Source: the human T2T-CHM13v2.0 reference genome, Homo sapiens
NCBI RefSeq assembly: GCF_009914755.1
Contig: NC_060947.1
Length of the DNA: 64,000 bases
Reading direction: 5' to 3' (one strand)
A program made the position numbers and the translations under genes. Of the stretch, positions 52,207 to 64,000 are shown piece by piece. The notes beneath the pieces are model-generated. The model ran no database searches, was not told the DNA's origin, and saw nothing but the letters and a program-made list of their open reading frames with translations. Every line of letters begins with the position of its first letter. The stretch's first letter is position 1.

Positions 52207-54945
52207 TCAGCCCCTTCCCAGGGCTGACCCTCCACTGAGCACATGGAACCATTCTCTTGACACATTTTCTCTGAGGATGTCGCTTCTGTTGCTATTGTCT
52301 CTCTTCGTCCTGCGTCAACAACCATTCTTTTTGAATCTTTGCTTCTAATGGAATAACATGCAAACATACACAAGAATCACCCATCTTAAAAACGTCACAG
52401 ACAAGTAACTCCCATCTTTAAAAATGTGCATAGATAAATAAGCTTCCTTGGCCTCATTTCCCCTTCAGTCCCATTCCTCTGCATCCTGTCCCCCACAGCA
52501 AATGCTATTTCAAGAATCACCTCTGCTCACTTGCTGAGCTCCCATTCCCTCCTTATTCCTCTGGCATTAGGCTTTTACCGACATCATGCCCCTAACTTGC
52601 TCTTAAGATGGCAGGAAACCTCCAGGTCACCAAATCCAGTGGTCAATATGCTAAGCTCTCATCACTCAACCTCTCAGTGTTTGACGGAGTTGAGGACTCC
52701 CCATTTCTTGAAATAAGTTCTTCGGTCTTCTGTGTGACCACCCTCTCCTAGAAAGGCTCCTTCTCGGCTTCTTTTGCGAGATCTTCCTCCTATCAGGATC
52801 CCACGAGACTGCTCCAGGGCCCAGGCCCTGAATGGCTTCTCTATCCACACGCCAGCCCCATGGCATCTAACGGCAGGTAACTCCCAATCCCATATATATA
52901 CTGAGTCACACACATGGTTGTCCCATAGACGACTCAAGGGTAAGGTGTCCAAAATTTCACGTGCCCTGAGCTTCCTTCAACCCCTGCACCTCCTTAAAAC
53001 TTCTCCGTCTCAGACGATGTCAGCTCAGTTCACACAGTGGGTTAACATCATATCCCTGCCATAACCCTTAGTTTTCTCCATTTTCTTTACACTCTTCACG
53101 CCATCCATCAGCAAAAACTATCAATCCTTTGAAAACATACCTGTAGTCTCACCACCTCTAAAGAATGATTGAAAAAAAAGTCACTGGGTCAAATGTTTTA
53201 GTTTCCATCATGGCACAGAAGAAAGCAGAAAGAACCAAAGAGACAGCAGCCACTCAGACATATGAAAACATGCCCAAAACCCTTCCATGTGTCCCTGCTG
53301 GCACAAATAGAGCTAATAACGGATGCTGCAGCAAGAGATTGGTGCTAAGAAATCGCCTTAGAAAGAGGTAAGAAATAGCCTTCTCTGGCAAACTTCACTA
53401 AGTCAGACTCAGCCTCCTCTGCAGGGTTCAAACTCTGTTGGCAGAGAAGCTACAGGTAGATTCCAGCACCAGGAAGACAGGTCCCTGCTGAGAGAATACT
53501 GCAGAACAAAGAAGGGGCTCTTCTATACCAACCTGCTGGAAACACTGTGAATGATCTTTGTGGTAGGAGGTGCCTCCAGAGGCCCGGAACACATCAGATA
53601 AGAAATGGCTGCTGGACCTGAATGCCAGGGGATGAATTCCACTGGGCCACAGAGCAGCTGTGCGCCCCCTCTTTCCTGTTTGTGTCCCTGACTTGGCTGT
53701 TGAATGGACACGACGCTACTGGGACTTCTTTCATAGGATTCTTTGTGAGCATTAAATGACGTGTGTGTCCCAAGGCCCTTAGCCCAGTGCTTGGCATATA
53801 CAAGGGCTGGACACAAAGTAGATTAACAGCAATTCTGAACAAGGATGCCATGCACCCCATTAAACCTTCTCACATTTTAACTGTCTCCCATGAACAAAAT
53901 GCACACCTTCACAAGTATCCATGAAGCAATCATTCAGTGCCAGATTCCAGCAAAGATATAACCATGTGATTCGCCTTCTTGGCTTCTAGTGACCTGCATG
54001 TTTCACTCTCAAATCAGGGAAACTGACTCCGACTGAAAATATTGAAAACCATCTGTTCGTGGTCACTGCCATCAAAAACCTCTTATCAGAATCACCTGCT
54101 TACATTTCTTTCTGTCACTAACTGCTAGACGGAAATTCTTACTTATTCATATGCTTATCAGAGTATTTATTGTCGGTCTCTTCCCACTTGTATGTCAGCT
54201 TCATGACTGCAGAGCTTTTGTTCGTGGTTGCTTTTTCCATCTGCTGGGCCTTCAGCATCTAGAACAGTGCTGGGCACATGGTAGGTTCTCAATAAATACC
54301 ACAGCAATTAGTTGAATCAGAAAAGGGTAAGATCCTGAACCATTCCAGCAACCTGAGAAAGGATCTGGTTTTAAGGCAATTCACACCAAATCTGACTACT
54401 TTGCTTTGCTTTGTGCATCTACCTAAACAGTATTGGGCCTCATTCAGAATTATGTTGCAGCTGGCTGTAAATGTAAGAGCTGTAGTTTTGAAGACACTAG
54501 ATCCCGGCTCAACTCAACTTTTTCCTGGCTTTGCAACCTGTCCCCAGGAGTGTGACCACAGCAGAAACTTATAACGATTATAGGCCAATAAGTTGGGTTC
54601 TCTTGCATGTCAGTGACTCAGCCTCCCTTGTGTACATGAATTGCACCATGGAGTAAAATGTTACTCCTTCCATTACAAAAGCTACACTGGAAATAAGTGT
54701 AAATAAACACTGGACTAGTGTTTAGACAAACATTTCTATCAGAATAGAGTGACAAGGTTTAGATGACATGTATCAATACATGTATTATTCATTATGATTT
54801 AATGGATGGGGACAATTCCCATCCATGGGAATTTTGGGATCCTCATGTGATGGGAGTTTTCCCAATCCATATCTTTGTTTTTGAAAACACAATGAGTGTA
54901 TGGATGGCTTTTATTTGTTACAGAATGTCAATGTTAGCTCTCTGT

Positions 54946-55776
<831 letters not shown>

Positions 55777-58757
55777 TGAAGTTTCTAATTCACCTCATTT
55801 AGGGTCGACTGGGGCAATGCTCTTAGAAAGTGAAACCACGGTAGGATGACGTTGCCCCAGCAGGGTGAACTCTTTTCCTCCCCCTTATGAGACCAACAAG
55901 AGTGCTAACTGATCTGAGTCCTCAGTTATGGATGTTTAGACTGATAGTCCTTAACCAACCCCAACCCTTCACTCTTCTGGCCAGGCCAGCAGCTCTGGAA
56001 AGAAACTCATGAAGCATTTAACCCAGGCTGTCCTAGGTGACTATTACAATGAAATGGTGACTAAAAGCCAGTTCTGTGAGCAGTTCCAAAGGCAACAGAG
56101 AGCCTTTTTCTCTAGCCCTCCCATCCCTGTAGAGCAGGGCACCCAAGTTTAGGAAGGCAGGCATGGAGCCTGCCAAAAAATGGTTCCAAGGAGGCCTCCT
56201 GCAAGCCAGGGTGCATGAGAAGAGGGAGTTAGAGAACAGATGGAAGGCTGTCCACAGTAGGAGAGCATATACGGTAGGATTGTGCAAAGAAGTAAATACA
56301 CAGAGGATAATGGAAGGTAGGGTTCCCCAAAGCTGAGAAGGAAACAATACACATGGAAAGGTGGAAAGAGAGGAAAACATGGAATAAACTCTGTATTCCT
56401 GGGCTGGATACTGGAGGTTTACGTGCAACCTCAAGTTTGCCAACAGAAATAAGAGCTTCAATTCAAAACATCATATTCTCCAACACCAAGGGAACAGGGA
56501 TCCTTCTAAATAGGGCTGATTAAGTAGAATTTGAAATTTTGACAAAACAGAGAACTACACCCTAAGCATAACAAAGAGGGGTTGTTTACATTCACAGAGT
56601 ATATCCCTTTGGCAGATGTACAGTTAAAGATTTATGCATCTCACAAGAGGAGTGAAATGACAAACCAGAACCTCTGAAAGCTACAGGTGGTTAGAGGATG
56701 AAACCACAATCACGATGAGAGGCTTCAATGTACCCCTTTGATTAACAGTATGCATTATCATGACAGCGAGAACACTAGGTTCAATCTATTGGGCCATGAT
56801 TAGGCTCCGGGTACCTAAGTATAACTTTATGTTTTAGAATCATTGTAGGCATCAGGCCAGAATTGGCAGAAGGGCCATAGTTTGCCAAACCCGGCTAAAG
56901 ATCATTATCTTATTTCATTTTCTTCATTGCATGTATCACTAAATGAGCTGAGAGGCATCTGATATCAGCACATCTGCAACGCCTTCACGGCATGGGGCAG
57001 TTGGAAGCTCCGTGGCAGAACACTGGCGCCCCAGAAACTCGTGGTGACAGGTCCCTGTATTTTCAATCCAAATCTTTTGTACGTGGGGAAAGCACGTTTC
57101 TGACACAGTCTACTATTTCCTAGTCCCTGAGTCCTTCCGTCCTTGTGCCGTGAGGTCATCCATTTAGGGACACAGGTGTGATGGGGGTGAGATGATCAAG
57201 GACCATTCATTATCAATTGTGGGAAAGAGCCTTGGCATAACACATCCCTGAGGCAAAATATTCAAAATGAACCGCTTGGTCTGCCTTATGAAAGCAAAGC
57301 AGTTCTGGGCTTTGCTATTTGAAAGAAGATAGAGGAAATGTATCCAATCCCTGCCCCACTGCCCAGCTGAACTGCTGCCTCCCAGGTGATCTTCAGTCCT
57401 GTGAGGAAGTTTGTGAAACAGTGGCTGTGACTGAATCATCAGCTGATTGGGCTTATCATAATACATTGTAACTCCCAAAGAACATTCTTCCACATCAAAC
57501 AAACTGCAGAATTAAATGGGGAGGTAGTGAAAGTCATGACCCTTGCATCTCTCAAGTCCAACGTGGACTGCTCTGTAATTCCACAGGGTGTGGGGTTGCT
57601 TTTGAATGACGACATTCACAGGGACCTGGTGTTGCCACAGCTCCCACTTACCCCTTTCAATCATAGGAGCTACTGCTGCATGGGTCAGGAAGCCGAGGAC
57701 GGTGGGGGTGCCGGGGGGGTGGGGTTGGGGCATTGAAAGAACACAATTCCATTAGGGCCTGGAATTTTGTCCTTTTGGTTAAGGATATAACTCTAGAGCC
57801 TCAACAGTGCCTGGCACATCAAAGAGAATCAGTAGGATTTTGTGGAGTGAACCAGTGAGTGAAAATGGGAACTTTACAAGACCTTCACTGTTTCTATCAA
57901 GCGGGAAACAAATCCCTGGATAACTGAGAGGTCTCACTGGATCTGTAGTGGAAAGTCAAAACACAACTCTGTTTATTCAAGGACCGGTGGTAATGGTGGA
58001 ATTATGAATCACAGGACTCAGGGTAAGTTTACAACGACACTCAAGCTATGCCCAAAGGTCTGAATATATCCCTTCCCCTAGGTCACAGCTACCTGGTTAA
58101 ATATTCTATTAGAAGAAAGCATGAAGTTTCCTGGAGTTTACTTGTGGGATTTTAGTATAACCTTTCCCAGTGGGTAAGCAGCTTGTCCTTCCCTCAAGGG
58201 GCTCTGTGTTTGTACGTTTCTTCGTGACTTCACATGAGCTGCACCCCTGCAACAAAGTGGCTCACAGAGGCTCATGTACAGCAGAGTCGACTTTCTATGG
58301 TTGTTGGTGTTGTTTAAAAATCAACAGAGAGGTCTTAGTGCATTGCTCAACAATTTTATTCCTAAGGAACCAGTGATGAATGAACCACAGGTAAGTATCA
58401 TTGCTGGCCCAGTCATTCAGTCATTGAACTTAATAACATTTTATCTGCTCATTGAGTCTGCCAGGCACTCTTCTAAGTGCTTGGTGATGCTTTAATGACA
58501 ACAGAAAAAAAAAAAGAAAGAAAAAAGAAAAAAAAAAACCAGATTAAAAGACATCCTGCCATTGTGGAGTTTACATTCTAGCATGGGGAAGAAGGAACAA
58601 GTAAAACAACAAACACCGCAAGTTATGTGGGTGACAGAAGATGAAAGAGGCTATGGAACAATACAGGTTGTACAGGCAGCATAACGGGGCTCAAAACTGA
58701 AGTCAAATTGTAACTTTAAATCATGCCTTTAACATGCTGTCCCTGATGCCTTTTCAG

Positions 58758-58827
58758 TTAAATGCTTTGGCTCCGACGTTCCCTTTTGGGCCGTCCCAGG
58801 CCTCCGTCATCCTGGAATCCGCTGCTG
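58758..58827 (-). CDS. CT55: CT55 last coding exon (long isoform)
   Basis: Acceptor cccattag, then (S)SSGFQDDGGLGRPKRERRSQSI*; phase fits the upstream exon ending in TC. Confidence 0.85.
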
Positions 58828-59114
58828 CTAATGGGAAATATGGAATTCAAATTTAATGGCCGTGTTCATTTTAATTAAGAACTCCTTTCCTCCAGTGACT
58901 AGCAAGCTAATTTAGCATGCTTTTTAATTAATAAGTTATTTCCCTAAGCTGGGTTCCTGGTCCAGTTGGACTGGCCAGTGTCTCAATTAGATTTGCCAGA
59001 AAAGTCATATATAAAATACTATTTAGGCTTACTAAGCTAACCTTTTAAGTTAAACCAGCCCCTTTACTGCTCATAAAAGGAAAGATAAACAGAATAAAAA
59101 TGCTTTGTCATTAC

Positions 59115-59302
59115 GATTTATGCACTGGGGTGATAGAAATCGCTCTCCAAATAAAGCAGAACTGAATGCTCTCCACCATGACCACATTGACGATATCATC
59201 TACTTGAGGTACGTATCCATCAGGAAGTTTCACAGAATCCAAGGTGAAAAAAATAGTATAATCTATCACCCCATTTCTTCCATGTACGCTAGTAATGCAG
59301 AC
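59115..59302 (-). CDS. CT55: CT55 internal coding exon (S1/OB-fold-like repeat, related to the MOV10L1 N-terminus)
   Basis: ctcacag|VCITSVHGRNGVIDYTIFFTLDSVKLPDGYVPQVDDIVNVVMVESIQFCFIWRAISITPVHK(S)|gtaatg, 188 bp; without splicing it stops at TAA 59111-59113. Confidence 0.9.
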
Positions 59303-59997
59303 CTGTGAGTATAAATAATGGAAATGATTATGGAAAAGCCCAATAAGCACTGTAACCAGCTTTGCACCTCCTCACCCTGGGTCCTGCATGAGTGCAGGTC
59401 ACTTCGATGCAAATCATTGATTTCCAACCTGGTTGGCCCATTGCTAACACCAGGGGTGCTTTGTAAGGATACCCATGTCCACGCTCCACCTCAGACCAAT
59501 TAAATCAGACTCTCTGGGAATGAGGCCTGGGTCTCTGATGAGAAATCCTGCTCTAAATATTACCAAAATATGTCCATTACCCTCTGTTGCCTTGAATTGC
59601 CTGTGCATATTCAGGCTTTAATAACCAAATCATTCTTAGCATCTACTGGTCAGCTCAAGTCCCACAACACACTCCGTTCATTCTTTCCCTATAGTTTTCT
59701 GGCACAAAGATTGTTTTTCTTCCTCCTGTCCTTGGAAGATTCTAATAACATTTGGGTATCGAGTAAAATGCACAATTTAGAACTTAATCATGTGCTTGTT
59801 CTATATAATTTTCTAATTATTTCCTTTGGAAAATTCTGCCTTTTCAATAAGAAAAGTGGCTCCTTTGTTGGCAAAGAATGTATTTCTTCATATTTTCTGG
59901 AATTCCCATTATACCCAACAGAATCCTGGTCACGTAAATTATCACCAAAGGAAGAGTTAGCAGAAACTGCTGACGGGAGCAACAGGAAAGAAATTAC

Positions 59998-60110
59998 CTC
60001 TTCCGTATGAATACAACGGATGGGCTTCACAGAAGTTGCCTTGATGTTTGAGATGCCTGGCTCAGTGGAATATTCAACTTCTAACAAGTCACCCTTATAA
60101 GGCACAAAAT
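59998..60110 (-). CDS. CT55: CT55 internal coding exon
   Basis: gttttag|(D)FVPYKGDLLEVEYSTEPGISNIKATSVKPIRCIHTEE|gtaatt, 113 bp, phases consistent with both neighbours. Confidence 0.9.
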
Positions 60111-60419
60111 CTAAAACAGCCATGGAGAAATGTGAGTGTCATGATCTCTTAACTAGGTCACTTTTAATTTCACATGTTATTTGATAGTGTACTACTTTAA
60201 AGTCAGTTCTGCTAAATCTAAAGTCCATTTTGTGCATATTTAAACAGACACTACAAATCTCTAAGTCCAAAAAGAAGTTTATAATCCTTAGGCATTGATT
60301 CTCCTCTACTGATTTAACAAATTTAAATGGAGGAAAGTGTGAAGCATGCATCACAGCCAATATGAGGGAGCAGCACAGGATTTACTAAACAACTGTTAGT
60401 GTTCACAATTGCTTAGTGA

Positions 60420-60670
60420 GAGGCAGTCAAACATATAGGTAAGAGCACAAGTTTGAACCTGGCTATGTGGCTTCGAATCTTGACACTGCCACTCACTCAG
60501 TTGGCAACCTTAGCCAAGGTGGTTAATCTGTCTGTGCCTCGATTTCTTCATCTATAAAATGAGAAGCACAGTAAGTAGCCTTCATGGTACACAGCTGCCT
60601 TGAGAATTAGTTGATATGTGTGATACGCACAGAATCATCGCTGGCGCATAGCAACCACCAAATAACTGTT
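60420..60670 (+). mobile_element. MIR
   Basis: tcgaatcttgacactgccactcact...ctgtgcctcgatttcttcatctataaaatgaga. Confidence 0.75.
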
Positions 60671-61004
60671 GATTGGTAGTAGTGGTAGCAGTACCGCTAG
60701 GAAATGTTGTTACTTTCAGAATGAATCAATTTCCCCTGGTGTTGTGTTCAACTAATGAACTCTTAAGTATGTGCCTTACAGGTTACAGTTAAGACCATCA
60801 AGTTTCAAACAGAAGTTTGCAATAAGTTAAAAGTGAGTCACAGGATAACAAAGTTACGTGAAAGAATCTGGAGCAAGTGGAAATCCCAACTGCAACTGAG
60901 ACAGTAAATTGCCACAATGAAAACTAGTGATATCAACAAAGTTAAACATTTCTTCACCTTAGGACCCAACACTGTAGAATGACATAAGACACTGTGTTAG
61001 ACCT

Positions 61005-61045
<41 letters not shown>

Positions 61046-61724
61046 ATTTACATACATTTCTTTTGTGTGGATTTGACATATATCTATATGCTTATAACTC
61101 CAAAATGTATATGCCTCCAGTTCTAACCAACCTCAGGGTCAATTATCCATATGCTTACACCAATCTAACGTGTGTAAAGCTGAGTTGTTGGTATTCTCCA
61201 TATTCACCAACTTTTGTTTGCCTCAGTCGTCTACATCACAAACTGGCAACTCCACTCTCACAACTGCTCAAATCAAAAACTTTGGAGGTACCTTAGACTC
61301 ATTTTCCCTCCACAACAAAGATCTAATCCATTACCTCCTGGGTTCTTCTCTCACTTCAAAATATATCCAGAGTCAACTCAATCCTCAGGTTTTCCACTTC
61401 TCCATTTTCATTCACATCTCCATCATCTCTCACCAGGAATATTACAACGTTTTCCTGACTGATTTCCTGACTCCACCCTTCCCCTCATAGTCTCTTCTCA
61501 ACAAAGCAGACAGAGTCAGCATCGTCAAACAAAATGCAGGTCAGAATCCTGCTTTTGCACCCAAGAAAACAAACTAGCAAGCTGCCTGGGGAAGCGGAGC
61601 TAATCTCTCCATTTATACCCAAGCTATACGACAGCTGCAGTAGACAAAACAGACAAAAAAATATCGTTGGGTAGAAGCTAAATATTAGAATATATCTGCC
61701 GATTACAAAGAGAATTCAACAACA

Positions 61725-61756
<32 letters not shown>

Positions 61757-61821
61757 ACAACCACAAGGCGCTATCTCCAATCCTAAGTTTGAAGCATTTG
61801 AAGTGTATTCTTTTAAAATTT

Positions 61822-61891
61822 GGTAGTCTACCTTGTCACAGAAACTTCTCTAGTAACCAACTACAGAAATGATGCCTGCAAGTATAGTCTT
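61822..61891 (-). pseudogene. U3 snoRNA retro-pseudogene (5' ~70 nt only)
   Basis: Minus strand AAGACTATACTTGCAGGCATCATTTCTGTAGTTGGTTACTAGAGAAGTTTCTGTGA versus U3 5' end AAGACTATACTTTCAGGGATCATTTCTATAGTGTGTTACTAGAGAAGTTTCTCTGA; direct repeats tgaagtgtatt (61799-61809) and tgaagggtatt (61892-61902). Confidence 0.9.
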
Positions 61892-62209
61892 TGAAGGGTA
61901 TTAAAAATAGTGTCTCTATGCACTTGTAGGATTGTTTTCTTGATTAGAAATTAAATTCTCATATGAATGAATAGTATATCCAGGCATTACTGAGGGCATT
62001 GAACAAATGAACACACAATAACCAACAGCACACAATTTATAATACTGTCTATTTGCCCCTATACTGTACTTAATTTCGATTGGAACAGTCTACCTCTAAC
62101 ACTGAAGAGCCATTGACTGAAGCCAAGTACACTGTAAAAGTTGTTCCAGGACTAAAATCCTCTCAAAAAATTAAGAATTACATCATATATTTCAAAATAT
62201 AAATCATAC

Positions 62210-62354
62210 CTTCAGAAACAATGGCTATGGAAAAATAAATGCTGTTACTAATATAAATATTATCTTCATTTATAGAAGTAACACATCCAATTAAAACTCT
62301 GGTTCCTGAGTCTGAGGGTCCAGCACCATAAAGATGGCGAGGCACAACATCCAC
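62210..62354 (-). CDS. CT55: CT55 internal coding exon; upstream exons lie beyond the window
   Basis: tcttacag|VDVVPRHLYGAGPSDSGTRVLIGCVTSINEDNIYISNSIYFSIAIVSE(G)|gtatga, 145 bp; absent from the ORF track because it has no Met. Confidence 0.9.
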
Positions 62355-64000
62355 CTGTAAGATTTAGGAAAGAGTTTACTTCAAAAACAATACAAATTTA
62401 AACATGGAACTTACATGATTAAAAGACTTGTATTCAAAAATATTTTCAACAGCCATCCTAAACACTGGAGAATATAGTTCACTTGGTAAGTGGACCATTG
62501 ACTTGAGATGACAGTAAAAGTCATGTGCGTGCTTCAAGAATTGTGAAATGTATCCCAAAACATTAATTGCATACCCAAGTTTAATGTCCTTGTACCATTA
62601 GATTCCAAGATTAAAATAATACCGTCCTTCGCCTGCAGAAATTCACAGTGAAATGACGGTAAAGTGGAAAGGTATATAGTCATAAGCAGGTTGCGATGAA
62701 GGATATAAAACTAGTTCAAAGATGGTTTCTGTGAATTATCTAGAGGGAGAACATTTCAGACAGGGAGAAAATAGAAGCATTGTTTAGGGGAAGTCAGATT
62801 TGTGCTGGGTTGGGAAAGAAGACGGGGTAAAGGAGCAGGGAGGCAGAGAGAAAAAACAACAGAAGTTAGGAGCCTAGGGAGCAAAACCCTAACATCCGAG
62901 ATCCAGGCCTAGGAGACAGAAGCATGAGATAAAGTTGGAGCAATAACCTCAACTGGGGGAGGTTCGAAAAACCAAGTCAAATTAGGGCTTTACTTTATCT
63001 ACAATAGAGAGGCATACAAACCTTTTCCCTTGTTGGAAGTGTAATAGTCCTTATTTTATAATCCTTAAAACTTACAAAAATAGTGTAAGCTTGTTATACT
63101 AAAAGTAGGAAAGAAAACAGATAAGCAGACAGCAAAAAGCAGTTACCCCACAATCCATAATTCATTACCAAGAGATCACCAGGGACTACATTTTTGGCAG
63201 TAACACTCATCCTGATGTTTTTGTCTGTGCACAAATATATATACATGTGTAAATGCCTGTTTTAAAAGCAAATTAGCATGGTATTCAGTGTTAAAGTATC
63301 ACATTAAATGAACACAAAAGTTTTTAAATAACAAGAGAGGACGGAAAGAGTCATAGGGAATCCCAATTAATGGATGTGCCGTAATTTACTAACCCAATTT
63401 CACATAATTAGACATTTCACTTGTGTCATAGCATTTGGACTACTTGCCTGACTTAACTATAGGATAAAATCCTAGGGTTGGCATTTGCTGAGCAGAGACT
63501 TCTGATGGAAACTTGAGCCACTGAGTTGTAAAGAATTTTTCATGGTTTTAAAAATAGCCTAGTTTGCTGCTATTCTCATTTCTAAACTGGTGTCTTTCCA
63601 GCTGTCAATACCAATCTGATGTTTATTATCCCCTCACTTACTGTCATGAAGGAATGAGGCATTAGCCTCCCATCCACATATCTATCACCACTTCCGTCAG
63701 TATCCCAGTGGATGATCCACAGCACCCTCGGACCTCTCTGTTCCTTGACTCCACGCCAACTCACAGACATATGCAGACTAAAGCTTTGCCCATGTCTCAT
63801 GGCTCCCAGCTCTGTTTCTTATGCCTTGCAAAGACGACCAACACAACAGCCGGTACAAATAGATTCAAATGTTTACGATAATGTGTTGTATGACACAAGT
63901 GGCATTTCAATAAAAAGGGGCAATGTGGATTATACAATTAATGTTGAGGGACAACTGAGTAGCCAGTAGTGAAACAAGATGTGGATCCTTCTCTCAGTCC

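Noticed and set aside
59788-59997. Continuation of the 111-aa ORF past CT55 ...IHTEE
   Set aside because: Intron read-through past a good GAG|GTAATT donor; the frame continues correctly in the next exon

Overview
Primate (human-like) genomic DNA that I recognise from memory as the Xq26.3 testis-gene interval SMIM10L2B - ETDB - CT55; no database search was run. It holds a GC-rich CpG-island promoter at the left edge, the two-exon ETDB gene (59 aa, minus strand) and the last four coding exons of CT55 (minus strand) at the right edge. More than half of the window is L1, Alu, LTR, Tigger1, L2 and MIR sequence. Main finding: head-to-head with ETDB, across a ~100-150 bp promoter carrying CCAAT, CRE-like and RFX X-box motifs, the plus strand has a spliced unit whose last exon is an intact, diverged ETD-family paralogue (25083-25382). 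It has a strong Kozak context, a homologous intron end, 5'UTR and 3'UTR, and a CAA at the position of ETDB's TAA, which extends the protein from 60 to 99 aa. I recall this unit being annotated only as the lncRNA SMIM10L2B-AS1. Other notable structures are a ZNF449-like pseudogene with an internal inversion, an internally deleted tandem duplication around the ETD-like exon, an L1PA with both a 5' inversion and a 3' transduction inside Tigger1, a 70-nt U3 snoRNA retrocopy in a CT55 intron, and a 1.6 kb AT-rich composite minisatellite with a 42-bp unit. Repeat subfamily names and boundaries are by-eye estimates.
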